DNA of 64,000 nt from positions 67,057,270-67,121,269 of the forward strand of contig NC_068990.1 of assembly GCF_001194135.2 (NCBI RefSeq). The letters are read 5' to 3'. The translations under genes and the position numbers were made by a program. The notes under the pieces were generated by a model that had not been told where the DNA came from, did no database searches, and saw nothing but the letters and a program-made list of their open reading frames with translations. Shown in pieces: positions 53,901 through 64,000 of this stretch. Positions within the stretch are counted from its first letter, which is position 1. Each line of letters starts with the position of its first letter. This stretch comes from Octopus bimaculoides (Eukaryota).

Positions 53901-54491
53901 TCACAATGAGAGTGATGTCATAAAAACATTATGCTTCAGTTTTTACATTCACTGGGTCTCACCTCTGCACTCATTCTGTCCCTGTCATGCTTTCCCCACC
54001 TCCCATCTTCCTAACATCCATCTTGCCATCACTCTTCTACCAATAGCATTGTTCAGTTACTGAAATCATATGGCAGCAGAATATGCACATATTTCTTCCC
54101 CTTTGTACCACTAATTACCTTCCCATCTTCCTGAAACAACTTCCATTAACATTCAGCCATCATTCTCAGTATCATCCCTTCCAACTTTCCCACAGCTCAC
54201 CTCTTTCAGTGGGTGATTAATTACTAAACAGATCACTATATGTTTGATAACAGTTTACTGTTTTAAAGTCTGTAACAATTCATCTGTTATCTAAAGTGTT
54301 AAGAATTCTACCAAATTACAGGCAGAATTCTGGTTTAAACTCATCATATAAACCCTCATGACTTTTTTTTTTTGTGGGGGAATTTTCAAAAACATCTTGT
54401 GAATTTGAGTTCTACACACCAGAATTCCAATTATGCAAAAAAAAAGAAAAAAAATTTTGTTAGTTAAGAGGAATTTAGCTGTTGTTTTTAG

Positions 54492-54530
54492 CACATCTCA
54501 TGACCACCTGATACCTTCTTTGTCTGACAT
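54492..54530 (+). CDS. Candidate exon 1 of + strand chain (39 nt, xTSHDHLIPSLSD)
   Basis: tgttgtttttag|...gacat|gtattg; only the phase 2-2 frame is open, matching the next exon; donor weak. Confidence 0.3.
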
Positions 54531-55665
54531 GTATTGATATTTTTCCATATTTTTCTCCCCACAAACACATTTAATGGAATGATGATGCACTCAAAGGTAG
54601 TCCATGGCTGGGATTTAAGCAAAATATTCAAATTCCCTGTATTTTAAACTGACAAAAAAAAAAGAAATTGAAAAAGAGTGGAACTTTTGGGATTTATGTG
54701 TGTGTGTGTGTAGTGGGGGATTGATTTTTAAAAAAAATTAAATTTTTTCCATAATCATGTGAATTCCTGTGTAAAACATAAATTCGAAAAAACTTTCTGA
54801 AGATTCTAAAAGTTAGAAAAGTTATGAGAGGTTATATGGGTTGCTTAAATCAGAATCCTGTCAAATTAAATACCATTGATCCTTATAAAAGACATTTTAT
54901 TTTTCATTTTATCACTTCACTTGTTTCATTCATTGGATTGTGGCTATATTGGGGCACCATCTTCAAGGAATTAACCCCAGTGCTTAATTTTGGTTTTAAG
55001 CCTTGTACTTATTCTATCAGACTAACTGCAAAGTTATCGAGGCAACAACAGCTGTCAATTAATGGTGGGACAAACACAAGCATAAAGAAACACATATACA
55101 TATATATAAGGAGCTTCCACACCGTTTCCATCTGCCAAATTCATTCACAAGGCATTGGTTGGCATGGAGCTATAATAGAAAACACTTGTCCAAGGTATCA
55201 TTGAGTAGGACTAAACCTGAAACCAAATAATTGTAAAGTGATCTTAACCTCACTAACATGCCCACACCTATCAAAATTAGAACAGCATGGAACATGGATA
55301 TTAAATGATGAGGTGATGATGTCGGTGATATGCACATATATCTATGTATATATGAGTATCCAGTTGTAGAACAAAATAGACCAGTAAGATGACGTTTTCT
55401 GATCTTTCTTGATGAGTCATATCTCTAAATATCAGCTGACTCAGATTTTGGCAACCTGTCCAACCCATACCAGCATGGAAAGCAGACACAAAACGATGAA
55501 GACGATGATAATATATATATATATGTAGATGTATGTGTGTGTACATGTATGTATGCATATATACATGTGTGTGTATATGTGTTTGCATATTTGTGTTTGT
55601 ATATATTGAAGAATATATATGCATATTTTCATACAAGTTCATGGTGAATTTTTTTGTGTACACGT

Positions 55666-55714
<49 letters not shown>

Positions 55715-56672
55715 TACACACACTTGTTTACAAGCTATCGAATGTGTGCTATTGAAATACATCCAGGTACTAGAACAATATTATGTCTGAAGAAGAAAAG
55801 AATTAGAAATACAGTAGCTGGAGATTTATTTCAACTTTCTTCCTCGTTTGGATTACAGTTCATTGTCATTTGAGTTTGGCACATCTTGAAAGAATTTCAA
55901 AAACTCAAAGATGTTGCAGAAAAAAGAAAGAAGTGAAAGAAAAAGAAAAAATATCTGACTCCTTTCCATTCCAGTAAAAACCAGAAAATAATCTTTGGGA
56001 ATGAAGTTTGACATGAATGAATTTAAAATCTGATATTCTTGGTGACTTTTTTTTCTCTCCCTTAAGTTGTTTCTATACTGTTTTACTTTCTTTGTATTTA
56101 ATATATCTTCTAATCTTATGTGATATCAAACAGTTACAACACAATATAACATAAGAATATGATCTGGTTGCTCTCTCTCTCTCTCTCACTCTCTCACTCT
56201 CTCTCTCTCTGTTTTTTTTTACCTCCATTCATATGTCTCTGTATTTGGGTGAATTTGTTAATCTTTGTAGCTGAATGTTTCAATGTTTAAACACTACAAA
56301 TTATATTGTGTATATATCAAACCCTGCAAAAATATATTATGTGCATGCATGTGTATGTGTGTATGTGTAAGAGAGAGAGAGAAAGAGGGAGAATGCGAAT
56401 TTGTATTAATTACTCTATGAATAACCAATGTAAACTGATGCATGTTTAAATACTTGACTTAGTAGATATTATTTGTTTAAATATGTTTGCTCATCAGAAG
56501 AATTGCAACAATGTTTATATGATAGTTTTTTAAATATATGTCATTCAAATTTTAATAATTAACGGTGTGAGCATGATAGCCCAATGTTCAATTGTAATTG
56601 TTTCAAATTACAATATTTGATGGTGCACATATGGGCATAATAGATGCACATAATGATGAAATAACATTTTAG

Positions 56673-56750
56673 TGCATTAAAGCATAGAATAGAACCCAAA
56701 TTCACAAACAGAACTTTGGGTGATATTTTTGAGACATTTTCTGAAAGATT
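56673..56750 (+). CDS. Candidate exon 2 (78 nt, ALKHRIEPKFTNRTLGDIFETFSER)
   Basis: acattttag|...aagatt|gtgagt; single open frame, in-frame stop just upstream of the acceptor. Confidence 0.45.
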
Positions 56751-56904
56751 GTGAGTCTTATATGCCATTAACTATGGTAGGTATTTCAAAGTTGAAGAGT
56801 TTCTCTGAAAGATATAATTCCAAAGAGAAAGAAAAGTGAATGATGGCCAAGTTTATTACAGGAGTCTATGATTTATTTACAATAGATATACAAGTAAAAG
56901 TGAA

Positions 56905-57213
56905 GGTGCATGGCTAAGTGGTGAGTGATATTTGGCTTATAATCCTAAAGTCGTGAGTTCAGTTTCCAGTGATGTGTTGCGTCCTTCAAGACATTATTTC
57001 ACATTGCTCCTGTCCACTCAGCAAAAATGAGTAGTACCTGTATTTCAAATGACCAGCCTTGTCAAATATTGTGTCATGCTGAATTACCCTGAGAACTATA
57101 TTTAAGGCATGCATGTCTGTGGAATGCTCAACCACTAGCACATTAATTCATGAGCAGGCTGTTCTGTTGATCAGATCAACTGGAACCCTCATCACCGTAA
57201 CCGGTAATGTTCC
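56905..57213 (+). mobile_element. SINE type D, full length
   Basis: ggtgcatggctaagtgg...gagttcagtttcc head; tail ...ggaaccctcatcaccgtaacc. Confidence 0.8.
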
Positions 57214-57626
57214 AATTTTTTACGAGTAAAAGTAGAAGCAAGAATGTCAAGCTGCTTTTGGTAGAAATAGTTTTTATTTTTAGAAGTTTCAGAGCAAAAT
57301 ATCCTTTCAGAGTTGAGGTGTTAGTGTTAACATTATCTATAAGGTCCAGAAAGATTCTAAGAACTGGAATCAGTCGATTGCTATTGGAGCATCTAGTTTG
57401 TTTGATATTATATATTAGGGGCATTGTACAACTATCTTTTTTTATTATTATCTTATCTGTTTTCATGCAAGAGTATAATATAGGTTAGGTCAAATTGTTT
57501 GTGATTTGAGCCAAAAGAGAAAAAAACTGCCAGCATCAAGGCTGTTCATATAAGCTAATAGCAATAAGAGTAGTCTTTCTTTCTGAGCTGAACAATCACC
57601 TGTTCATCTGTCCATTCATTCATACA

Positions 57627-57659
<33 letters not shown>

Positions 57660-57811
57660 TCATACATTCTTAGACACACACAAACGCACATACCTATATA
57701 TTATTTGTACATGTATATAGATACGTACATATATATATACACACACAGACATGTATATACATAAATGTATGTATATATGTGTATGTATATATATATATAT
57801 ATATATATATA

Positions 57812-58207
57812 NNNNNNNNNNNNNNNNNNNNNNNNNNNNNNNNNNNNNNNNNNNNNNNNNNNNNNNNNNNNNNNNNNNNNNNNNNNNNNNNNNNNNNNNN
57901 NNNNNNNNNNNNNNNNNNNNNNNNNNNNNNNNNNNNNNNNNNNNNNNNNNNNNNNNNNNNNNNNNNNNNNNNNNNNNNNNNNNNNNNNNNNNNNNNNNNN
58001 NNNNNNNNNNNNNNNNNNNNNNNNNNNNNNNNNNNNNNNNNNNNNNNNNNNNNNNNNNNNNNNNNNNNNNNNNNNNNNNNNNNNNNNNNNNNNNNNNNNN
58101 NNNNNNNNNNNNNNNNNNNNNNNNNNNNNNNNNNNNNNNNNNNNNNNNNNNNNNNNNNNNNNNNNNNNNNNNNNNNNNNNNNNNNNNNNNNNNNNNNNNN
58201 NNNNNNN
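57812..58207. other. Assembly gap (396 N)
   Basis: N run within a TA-rich tract. Confidence 0.95.
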
Positions 58208-58485
58208 ATATACATGTGCATGTATATATATGTATATGAGTACAAATATACATATGTACACATATACATACATACATGTGTGTGTGTTTATGTGTGTGCA
58301 TAATATTACTACAATTTGTACTTTTAGCTGTGCTGCGTTGCACATAGATACACACCTATGCTTGCACAAGTGCTTGTGTGTGCTATATGCAGTTGCTAAA
58401 AGTAGAAATCGCTAGCGCACATACCCAAAAGAAAACCTGTCTCTAATTTCATCAGTAATACCTGTTTAGTTCCCTGTAATTATAG

Positions 58486-58543
58486 GATATACGACACCTT
58501 AATAACAGGAAGCGACATGCTCAACACCTATGCACCATCATAG
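58486..58543 (+). CDS. Candidate alternative terminal exon (LIYDTLITGSDMLNTYAPS*)
   Basis: ttccctgtaattatag acceptor; phase-2 compatible with 56750; AATAAA at ~58569 and ~58596; CpGs retained. Confidence 0.3.
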
Positions 58544-58834
58544 TGCTACCACAAAACACATACAAAAAAATAAAAACAACAACAACAACAAACAAATCAA
58601 AACAAACACACATGCAAATAAACTGTGACTGCATATTTATCTATGTAAAATATAAAAAAATATACCTGCATTAACAAGGAGGTTTACATGAAAAATTGCC
58701 TGATGAAATGATGTGCCTGAGATAATGATGCAAATTACTTACTAACAAGTGTTCACCTGGAAATTTAGCATGGTAATTTGTCTTATAAAAATAGTGAAGA
58801 AAAAAATGTTTTCTTTTTCTTCTCTATTCATAAG

Positions 58835-58857
58835 TTGTAAGCCAGGAGTCGGCAATG
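58835..58857 (+). CDS. Candidate exon 3 (23 nt, FCKPGVGN)
   Basis: ttttctttttcttctctattcataag|ttgtaagccaggagtcggcaatg|gtagtg; phase 2 to 1 bridges exons 2 and 4. Confidence 0.4.
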
Positions 58858-58987
58858 GTAGTGCTGATTGTAGTTGCATCTGTTATGATAATGGTAGCAG
58901 ATTCTAGATTCATAATGGCAGTTGTGGTGAAATGATGGGCCATGCTGTCTATCTATCTGTCTGTCTGCCTGCCTGCTGGCCTGCCTG

Positions 58988-59024
<37 letters not shown>

Positions 59025-59099
59025 GTAATTATCTATATATATCCATCTATCTATCTGTCTCTCTCTATCTCTCTCTGTCATTGTGGGCTATTTTATTTG

Positions 59100-59340
59100 A
59101 GATGACAATGGTGGCTATTGTTGTAGTAGTGTGGTGAGGATGATTGTAGTGGTGATGGTGGTGGTGATAGTTATGATGGTATAGGTTCTGGTAGTGATGG
59201 TGATAGTAATTTTATGGTAATGGTTGTGGTGGTGGTGGCGATAGTTATGATGGTAGTGGTTGTGGTGGTAGTTGTGGTTGTGGTGGTGGTGATAGTTATG
59301 ATGCTAGTGGTTGTGGTGGTGGTAACAATGATTGTAGTAA
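59100..59340. repeat. Degenerate (GGT/GTT/GAT)n tract
   Basis: Source of the poly-Val ORF 59214-59456. Confidence 0.85.
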
Positions 59341-59385
59341 TTAATTTTTCTGTTGATGAATATTGTTATTACAATAATATTTACA

Positions 59386-59593
59386 AGGAAGCAAGCTGGC
59401 AAATCATTAGAACAATGACAAAATGCTTCCTGATATTCCACCTCTTTATGTTCTGAGTTCAAATCCCTCTAAAGTCAACTTAGGTGGGGGGGAGGGTCGA
59501 TAAAACAAATTAGTAGTCTACTAGTACTGTGGTTGATGGCATTGACTAACCCCTCCCCTTAAAACTATTCTCCTTTTGCCCAAACCAGAAACC
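59386..59593 (+). mobile_element. SINE type A, decayed
   Basis: gcaagctggcaaatcattag...gagttcaaatccc...ccagaaaccattatc. Confidence 0.7.
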
Positions 59594-59861
59594 ATTATCA
59601 TAATAGTATTACTGTCTTGCTGATGGTATCTGTGTTGTTGTTGTTTAACCCCAGGTCATCCCTGATGAACAAGCCTGTGATCAGAGATGTTCCGGCCATG
59701 AACATTCATATTTTGCAATATTTTGCAAAGTTGGCCTAGGTGTGATTTGAACTCAGAGTATAGAGAATCAAAATATATACATTAAGGCATTCTATCCAAC
59801 ACTCAAATAATGACTCTACCAGTCACTTCTGTTAGTTTGATCATCATGTCTATCATGAAGA

Positions 59862-60071
59862 TATGACTTTGTGGTTAAGGGGTTCACTTCTCAGTCATGT
59901 AGCTTCAAGTTCAGTTCCATAGAGCAGCACCTTGGGCAAGTGTTTTCTAATATAGCTCCAAACGTTATGAGTAGTATTTGATAGATGGAAACGTAAAGAA
60001 ACTTGTTGTGTATGGTGTCTGTGTATGCATATGCATATATATATGTTTATATATATATATATATATATATG

Positions 60072-60114
<43 letters not shown>

Positions 60115-60400
60115 GTATGCATATGTGTGTGTGTATGTGTGAATGTTTCTATGTCTTTACATCACATGATAGCTGTAAATGAATGTCACACTCATACTCA
60201 TACAAGTGTTACTATTTGTCATATAATCTTCCCTTTAAACATGCTATGCCGAGCCATAAAGAAGTGTTACCTTGCTTGGAAATAAATGAGGGTTGAACAG
60301 GAAGTACATCTGGTTGCAAAAAAATCTGCCTCAAGAAATCCCATCCAACCCATGCAAGCATGGAAAAGTGGACATTGAAACAGTAATGATGATGATGATG
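59862..60400 (+). mobile_element. SINE type B2, full length with internal (TA)n
   Basis: Head ...gcaccttgggcaagtg...ggaaacg, TA run, tail ...catgcaagcatggaaaagtggacattg-(GAT)n. Confidence 0.75.
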
Positions 60401-60491
60401 ACGACCAATATCAACATTGCTGCTATGAATGTTGATATCTTTACCAGTATTCAACATATTTCTGTTGTTAATAATGACTGGGGGCTTATAA

Positions 60492-60702
60492 GGCAGTGAG
60501 CTGGCAGAATTGTTAGCTTGCTGGGCAAAATGTTTAGCGGCATTTCGTCCATCTTTACATTATGAGTTCAAATTTCACTGCGATCAACTTTACTTTTCAT
60601 CCTTTTGTGGTCAATAAAATAAGTACCATTTGAGCGCTGAGGTTGAGGTAATTGAGTTACCCCTCGCTCGAAATTGCAGTCCTTGTGTTAAAATTTGAAA
60701 TC
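60492..60702 (+). mobile_element. SINE type A
   Basis: ggcagtgagctggcagaattg...ccttgtgttaaaatttgaaatc. Confidence 0.85.
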
Positions 60703-60945
60703 AATAATGAGTGGAAGATTTTGTTGCTGAGAAATCTGTTTAGTCATGTAGATTTATGTTACAGAAGGTAACGAATCAACAGCTTCTGAATGAATTACTG
60801 TGTTATCGAGCTAATTATAACATGCTACTGCATACTCTATCATTCAAATGTTTGATTACATGTAGTTGACTGTGCTGTATGGCAGCATGCACTGTATTAG
60901 TCTGGGGATATTCTATCTAATTTGCTGAACTGCCTCTTTTACCAG

Positions 60946-60981
60946 ACTATACTGATGACATTAATTTGGTCGATGCTGTTG
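60946..60981 (+). CDS. Candidate exon 4 (36 nt, DYTDDINLVDAV)
   Basis: tttgctgaactgcctcttttaccag|...gctgttg|gtaaag; symmetric phase 1-1; CpG retained. Confidence 0.5.
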
Positions 60982-61245
60982 GTAAAGAAGTGTTATGTGT
61001 CGTCACATAAGTAGTTAAAGACATTTTAATAACCATGTTGTCAGTTAAGAAAAAGTAATATCAGTGAAAATTTCAAACTAATATACCAAACTAATGTGTT
61101 CTCTAAATAACATCATGATACACAATTAACTTGCACATCATATCTCTACTTTCACAAACATGTTTTTTGCTTCCAAACTTTCTTCAACTTTTCTTCAAAT
61201 GGGAAGTCTAGACTAATATGTTTCCTTCTAAAATATTTATTATAG

Positions 61246-61267
61246 GAAATCAAGAACCAACATACAA
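61246..61267 (+). CDS. Candidate exon 5 (22 nt, GNQEPTY)
   Basis: atatttattatag|gaaatcaagaaccaacatacaa|gtaatt; phase 1 to 2 (all frames open). Confidence 0.35.
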
Positions 61268-61826
61268 GTAATTCACACATGATGCCTCTCATTTGCATTA
61301 ACATTTTCTGGAAAAGAAACAGAACAAAAAAATTTTCTTTCTTTAAAATTACTTTAGCTTTTCTTTATATATTTTTGAATTTACTTCCAGTAGAAATTCA
61401 TTTATTTTTATTTTTTAACACTATTTTCTTTGCTGTTGAGGACTGAGTTATGACTCAGCAAATTTACTTATTTTAGAGGAAGCTTTCATCACAAGAGCTT
61501 CCATTCATTCATTCATTCATTCATTTTGTGTCTTTCTTTTCATTAAAAGCACGGCTTAGAAGCATATATTATTGAAGCATTGTTATACCACCATGCCTTT
61601 CCTGTCACCAACTCTCTTCACCAGTTTCAAAACAAGCCATCACCAGACACAAAGATACACCAACATACATGCACAATGCACACCCTTTCTGTTTCCATCC
61701 ACCAAATCTACAATGCCTGGCATTAAAAAAGAAGATACTTGCATAAGGTGCCACGCAGTGAAACTGAAACAAAGCCCAGGTAATTGGAAAGTAATCTTCT
61801 TAACGATACAGCCATGACTTTATATA

Positions 61827-61827
<1 letters not shown>

Positions 61828-61912
<85 letters not shown>
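61828..61912. repeat. (TA)n microsatellite
   Basis: Direct reading. Confidence 0.95.
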
Positions 61913-61915
<3 letters not shown>

Positions 61916-62291
61916 TTATGTTGGACACACTGGTACATAAGGAACTATAAGTTGAGATGCACAAATGTGCACAAAAATATGTAAATATGCAGTATACGAT
62001 ATACAAATTTATACGTTTATACGGTAACATTCATGTAAATTATGTGTAGACACACGCATACATACTCACTCAATCACTCATATATTCATATATTTATGTA
62101 TGAAACATACTGTCTTACACACAAAGATTAATGCAAGCATAAAGTATACATTACAGACACACACTAGCTCTTGCCTATTTATGTATTTTTATATCTCTAT
62201 CTATCTGTCTATCTATCTATTTATACATACATATGCACGTTCATGTATGTGTATAAGAGAGAATATAAATATATGTATGAATAAGTATGAA

Positions 62292-62325
<34 letters not shown>

Positions 62326-62339
62326 TGTGTGCATATGAC

Positions 62340-62371
<32 letters not shown>

Positions 62372-62584
62372 TTATATATATACTTTCAAACAAGGAATTA
62401 AAAATAATTTTCTATGGTTGAATATCTTATCGTTATAATCTAAAAAGAAATACAAAATAAATAAATAAACAAATAGATAACTAAAATAAAAATGCAAATG
62501 TATGATAAATATCAGGAACCAGTTAGAAATATAATAGAATTAAGTTGTTGTGTGGCAAAGATATTATCTTTTATAACATTTTAG

Positions 62585-62651
62585 CGAAGAAGCGTTTATC
62601 CAATGCTGCTCTGTTGCAATTCATTGTTTGCTAAACAATATATGCGAATAG
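62585..62651 (+). CDS. Candidate terminal exon (NEEAFIQCCSVAIHCLLNNICE*)
   Basis: tcttttataacattttag acceptor; phase 2 matches exon 5; 3 CpGs in 65 bp. Confidence 0.4.
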
Positions 62652-63094
62652 AAATGAAGCAGCTGTACATAGTTATGTTAGTAAAGTACAGTGAAAGCTA
62701 TGTGTGATCATACAATGCAGATATATATACATGTAGGTGTACAAATGCACACACAAACACACACACATTCATTATTATTCTCACTTTCACCATCATCATC
62801 ATTACCATATGAATGTTTCATTTCCCTTGCTGTTCTGGTTTGCATAGACCTACAATAACAAATTATTATATTCATCTCAACACTACCCACTCCTTTTCAT
62901 CTCATCTGAACAGACAATAATACACAGGTTTACTATTTCATCACTATTTCATTTCAGTTTTCATTTGAGACGTACCTCTATCATGTTTGGTCTCCATAAT
63001 CTACTGGAAGCTTTTTTTCTTTTTAGCCCAATATGCATAATCCATTCCCTACAGATCCTGGCACTCTCTCCTATAGACATACCATTGTCATCAT

Positions 63095-63260
63095 TTAATG
63101 TCTGTCTTTCATGCTGACATAGGTTAGATGGTTCAACAGAATATGACAAGCCAGATGATTGTGTTGAGTTCTGTTGAAAGCTTTGGCATAGATTCTACAG
63201 TTGGACACCCTTACTAACACAAGTCATTGGGTGCTTTTCCCAAGAAAGCAATATCAGTGA
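63095..63260 (-). mobile_element. SINE/RTE C-tail module, decayed
   Basis: tttaatgtctgtctttcatgctgacataggttagatgg...gggtgctttt. Confidence 0.6.
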
Positions 63261-63644
63261 GGTTACCAAATAACTCGCAAAAGACCTCTTGAATGAATGG
63301 CATGCAGTATTGATTGAGGTGGCTTTGTGCCAAGTGCGCATATGTGTATAAAAATACACATATATATGACTATGTGTGTATATTTTTATGCGTGCAAGGA
63401 TTATGACAGCATTTACCAACTTAAACAAGGAGAACATCCAGAAGAGCTGCAGAAGATTCCGAAGTTGTCTGGTTGAAGTCAATGGCGATTTTATTGAATA
63501 AATTTACCCTTTAGTATTTTAAGATATTTTAAAGTAATTTTGGTAAATATATCAACTACGTGAGATGTCAGTGATTTTTTTCATTTTGGCATAATTTGGA
63601 TAACAGTTTATTCACCTCATCCTGCATATATATATATATATATA

Positions 63645-63942
63645 CAGTGGTGGACTGGGTCTAAAAATATTTGTTGCCAGGAGACTAAAGGGGCCCACTT
63701 GCAACTACAATGCTATCATTTAATTTTTTTTTTTTTTTTTTGCTAAAAAATATTCTTTTCAACTGTCTACAAATACAACCAGGCTGAAATTATTAACGCA
63801 TTCTCCAGGAGTGAATAAAAAATTCTCAGACTTGAGGGGATAAGCCCCTTAGATACTAACATGGGCCCATATATATCGATTGTAATGGCACAGGGACACA
63901 CTTGCCATTGGGCAAGCTGGCAACCTGGTCAGTCTACTACTG
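63645..63942. mobile_element. hAT-type MITE
   Basis: TIRs cagtggtggactgg / tcagtctactactg; flanks tatatata and tgtatgta may be a decayed 8-bp TSD. Confidence 0.5.
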
Positions 63943-64000
63943 TGTATGTATCTGTGAGACCCCCTTCGAAAGTTGTCTTTGTCTATGTACGTAGTGTGTG

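Noticed and set aside
57176-57488. Overlapping ~95-aa ORFs on both strands
   Set aside because: Both extend into a SINE D tail, have compositionally biased sequence and weak donors; the 58835 exon bridges the phases more simply. Not fully excluded.

Overview
AT-rich eukaryotic scaffold with three N gaps. The repeat landscape (dense (TA)n/(CA)n/(AAT)n/(GAT)n microsatellites, tRNA-headed SINEs with RTE-like GAT tails, R4/Dong and RTE LINE relics) points to an octopus-type cephalopod; this is inference, not a database result. None of the supplied ORFs is a convincing intact gene: they are microsatellite or N translations, LINE relics or chance frames. Supported content is mostly non-coding: four modular SINE types (my labels A, B, C-tail, D), LINE 3' fragments, mariner-, hAT-, piggyBac- and Helentron-type non-autonomous elements, and an ~890 bp foldback element with ~380 bp inverted arms. 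By manual splice-site reading I found two phase-consistent chains of very small candidate exons: + strand 54.5-62.7 kb (with a possible alternative last exon) and - strand 40.1-10.9 kb. I cannot assign a gene name to either and both need RNA-seq. No rRNA, intact tRNA gene, CRISPR array or intact transposase/RT was seen. Repeat boundaries are approximate (about +/-20 bp); exon coordinates were counted by hand.
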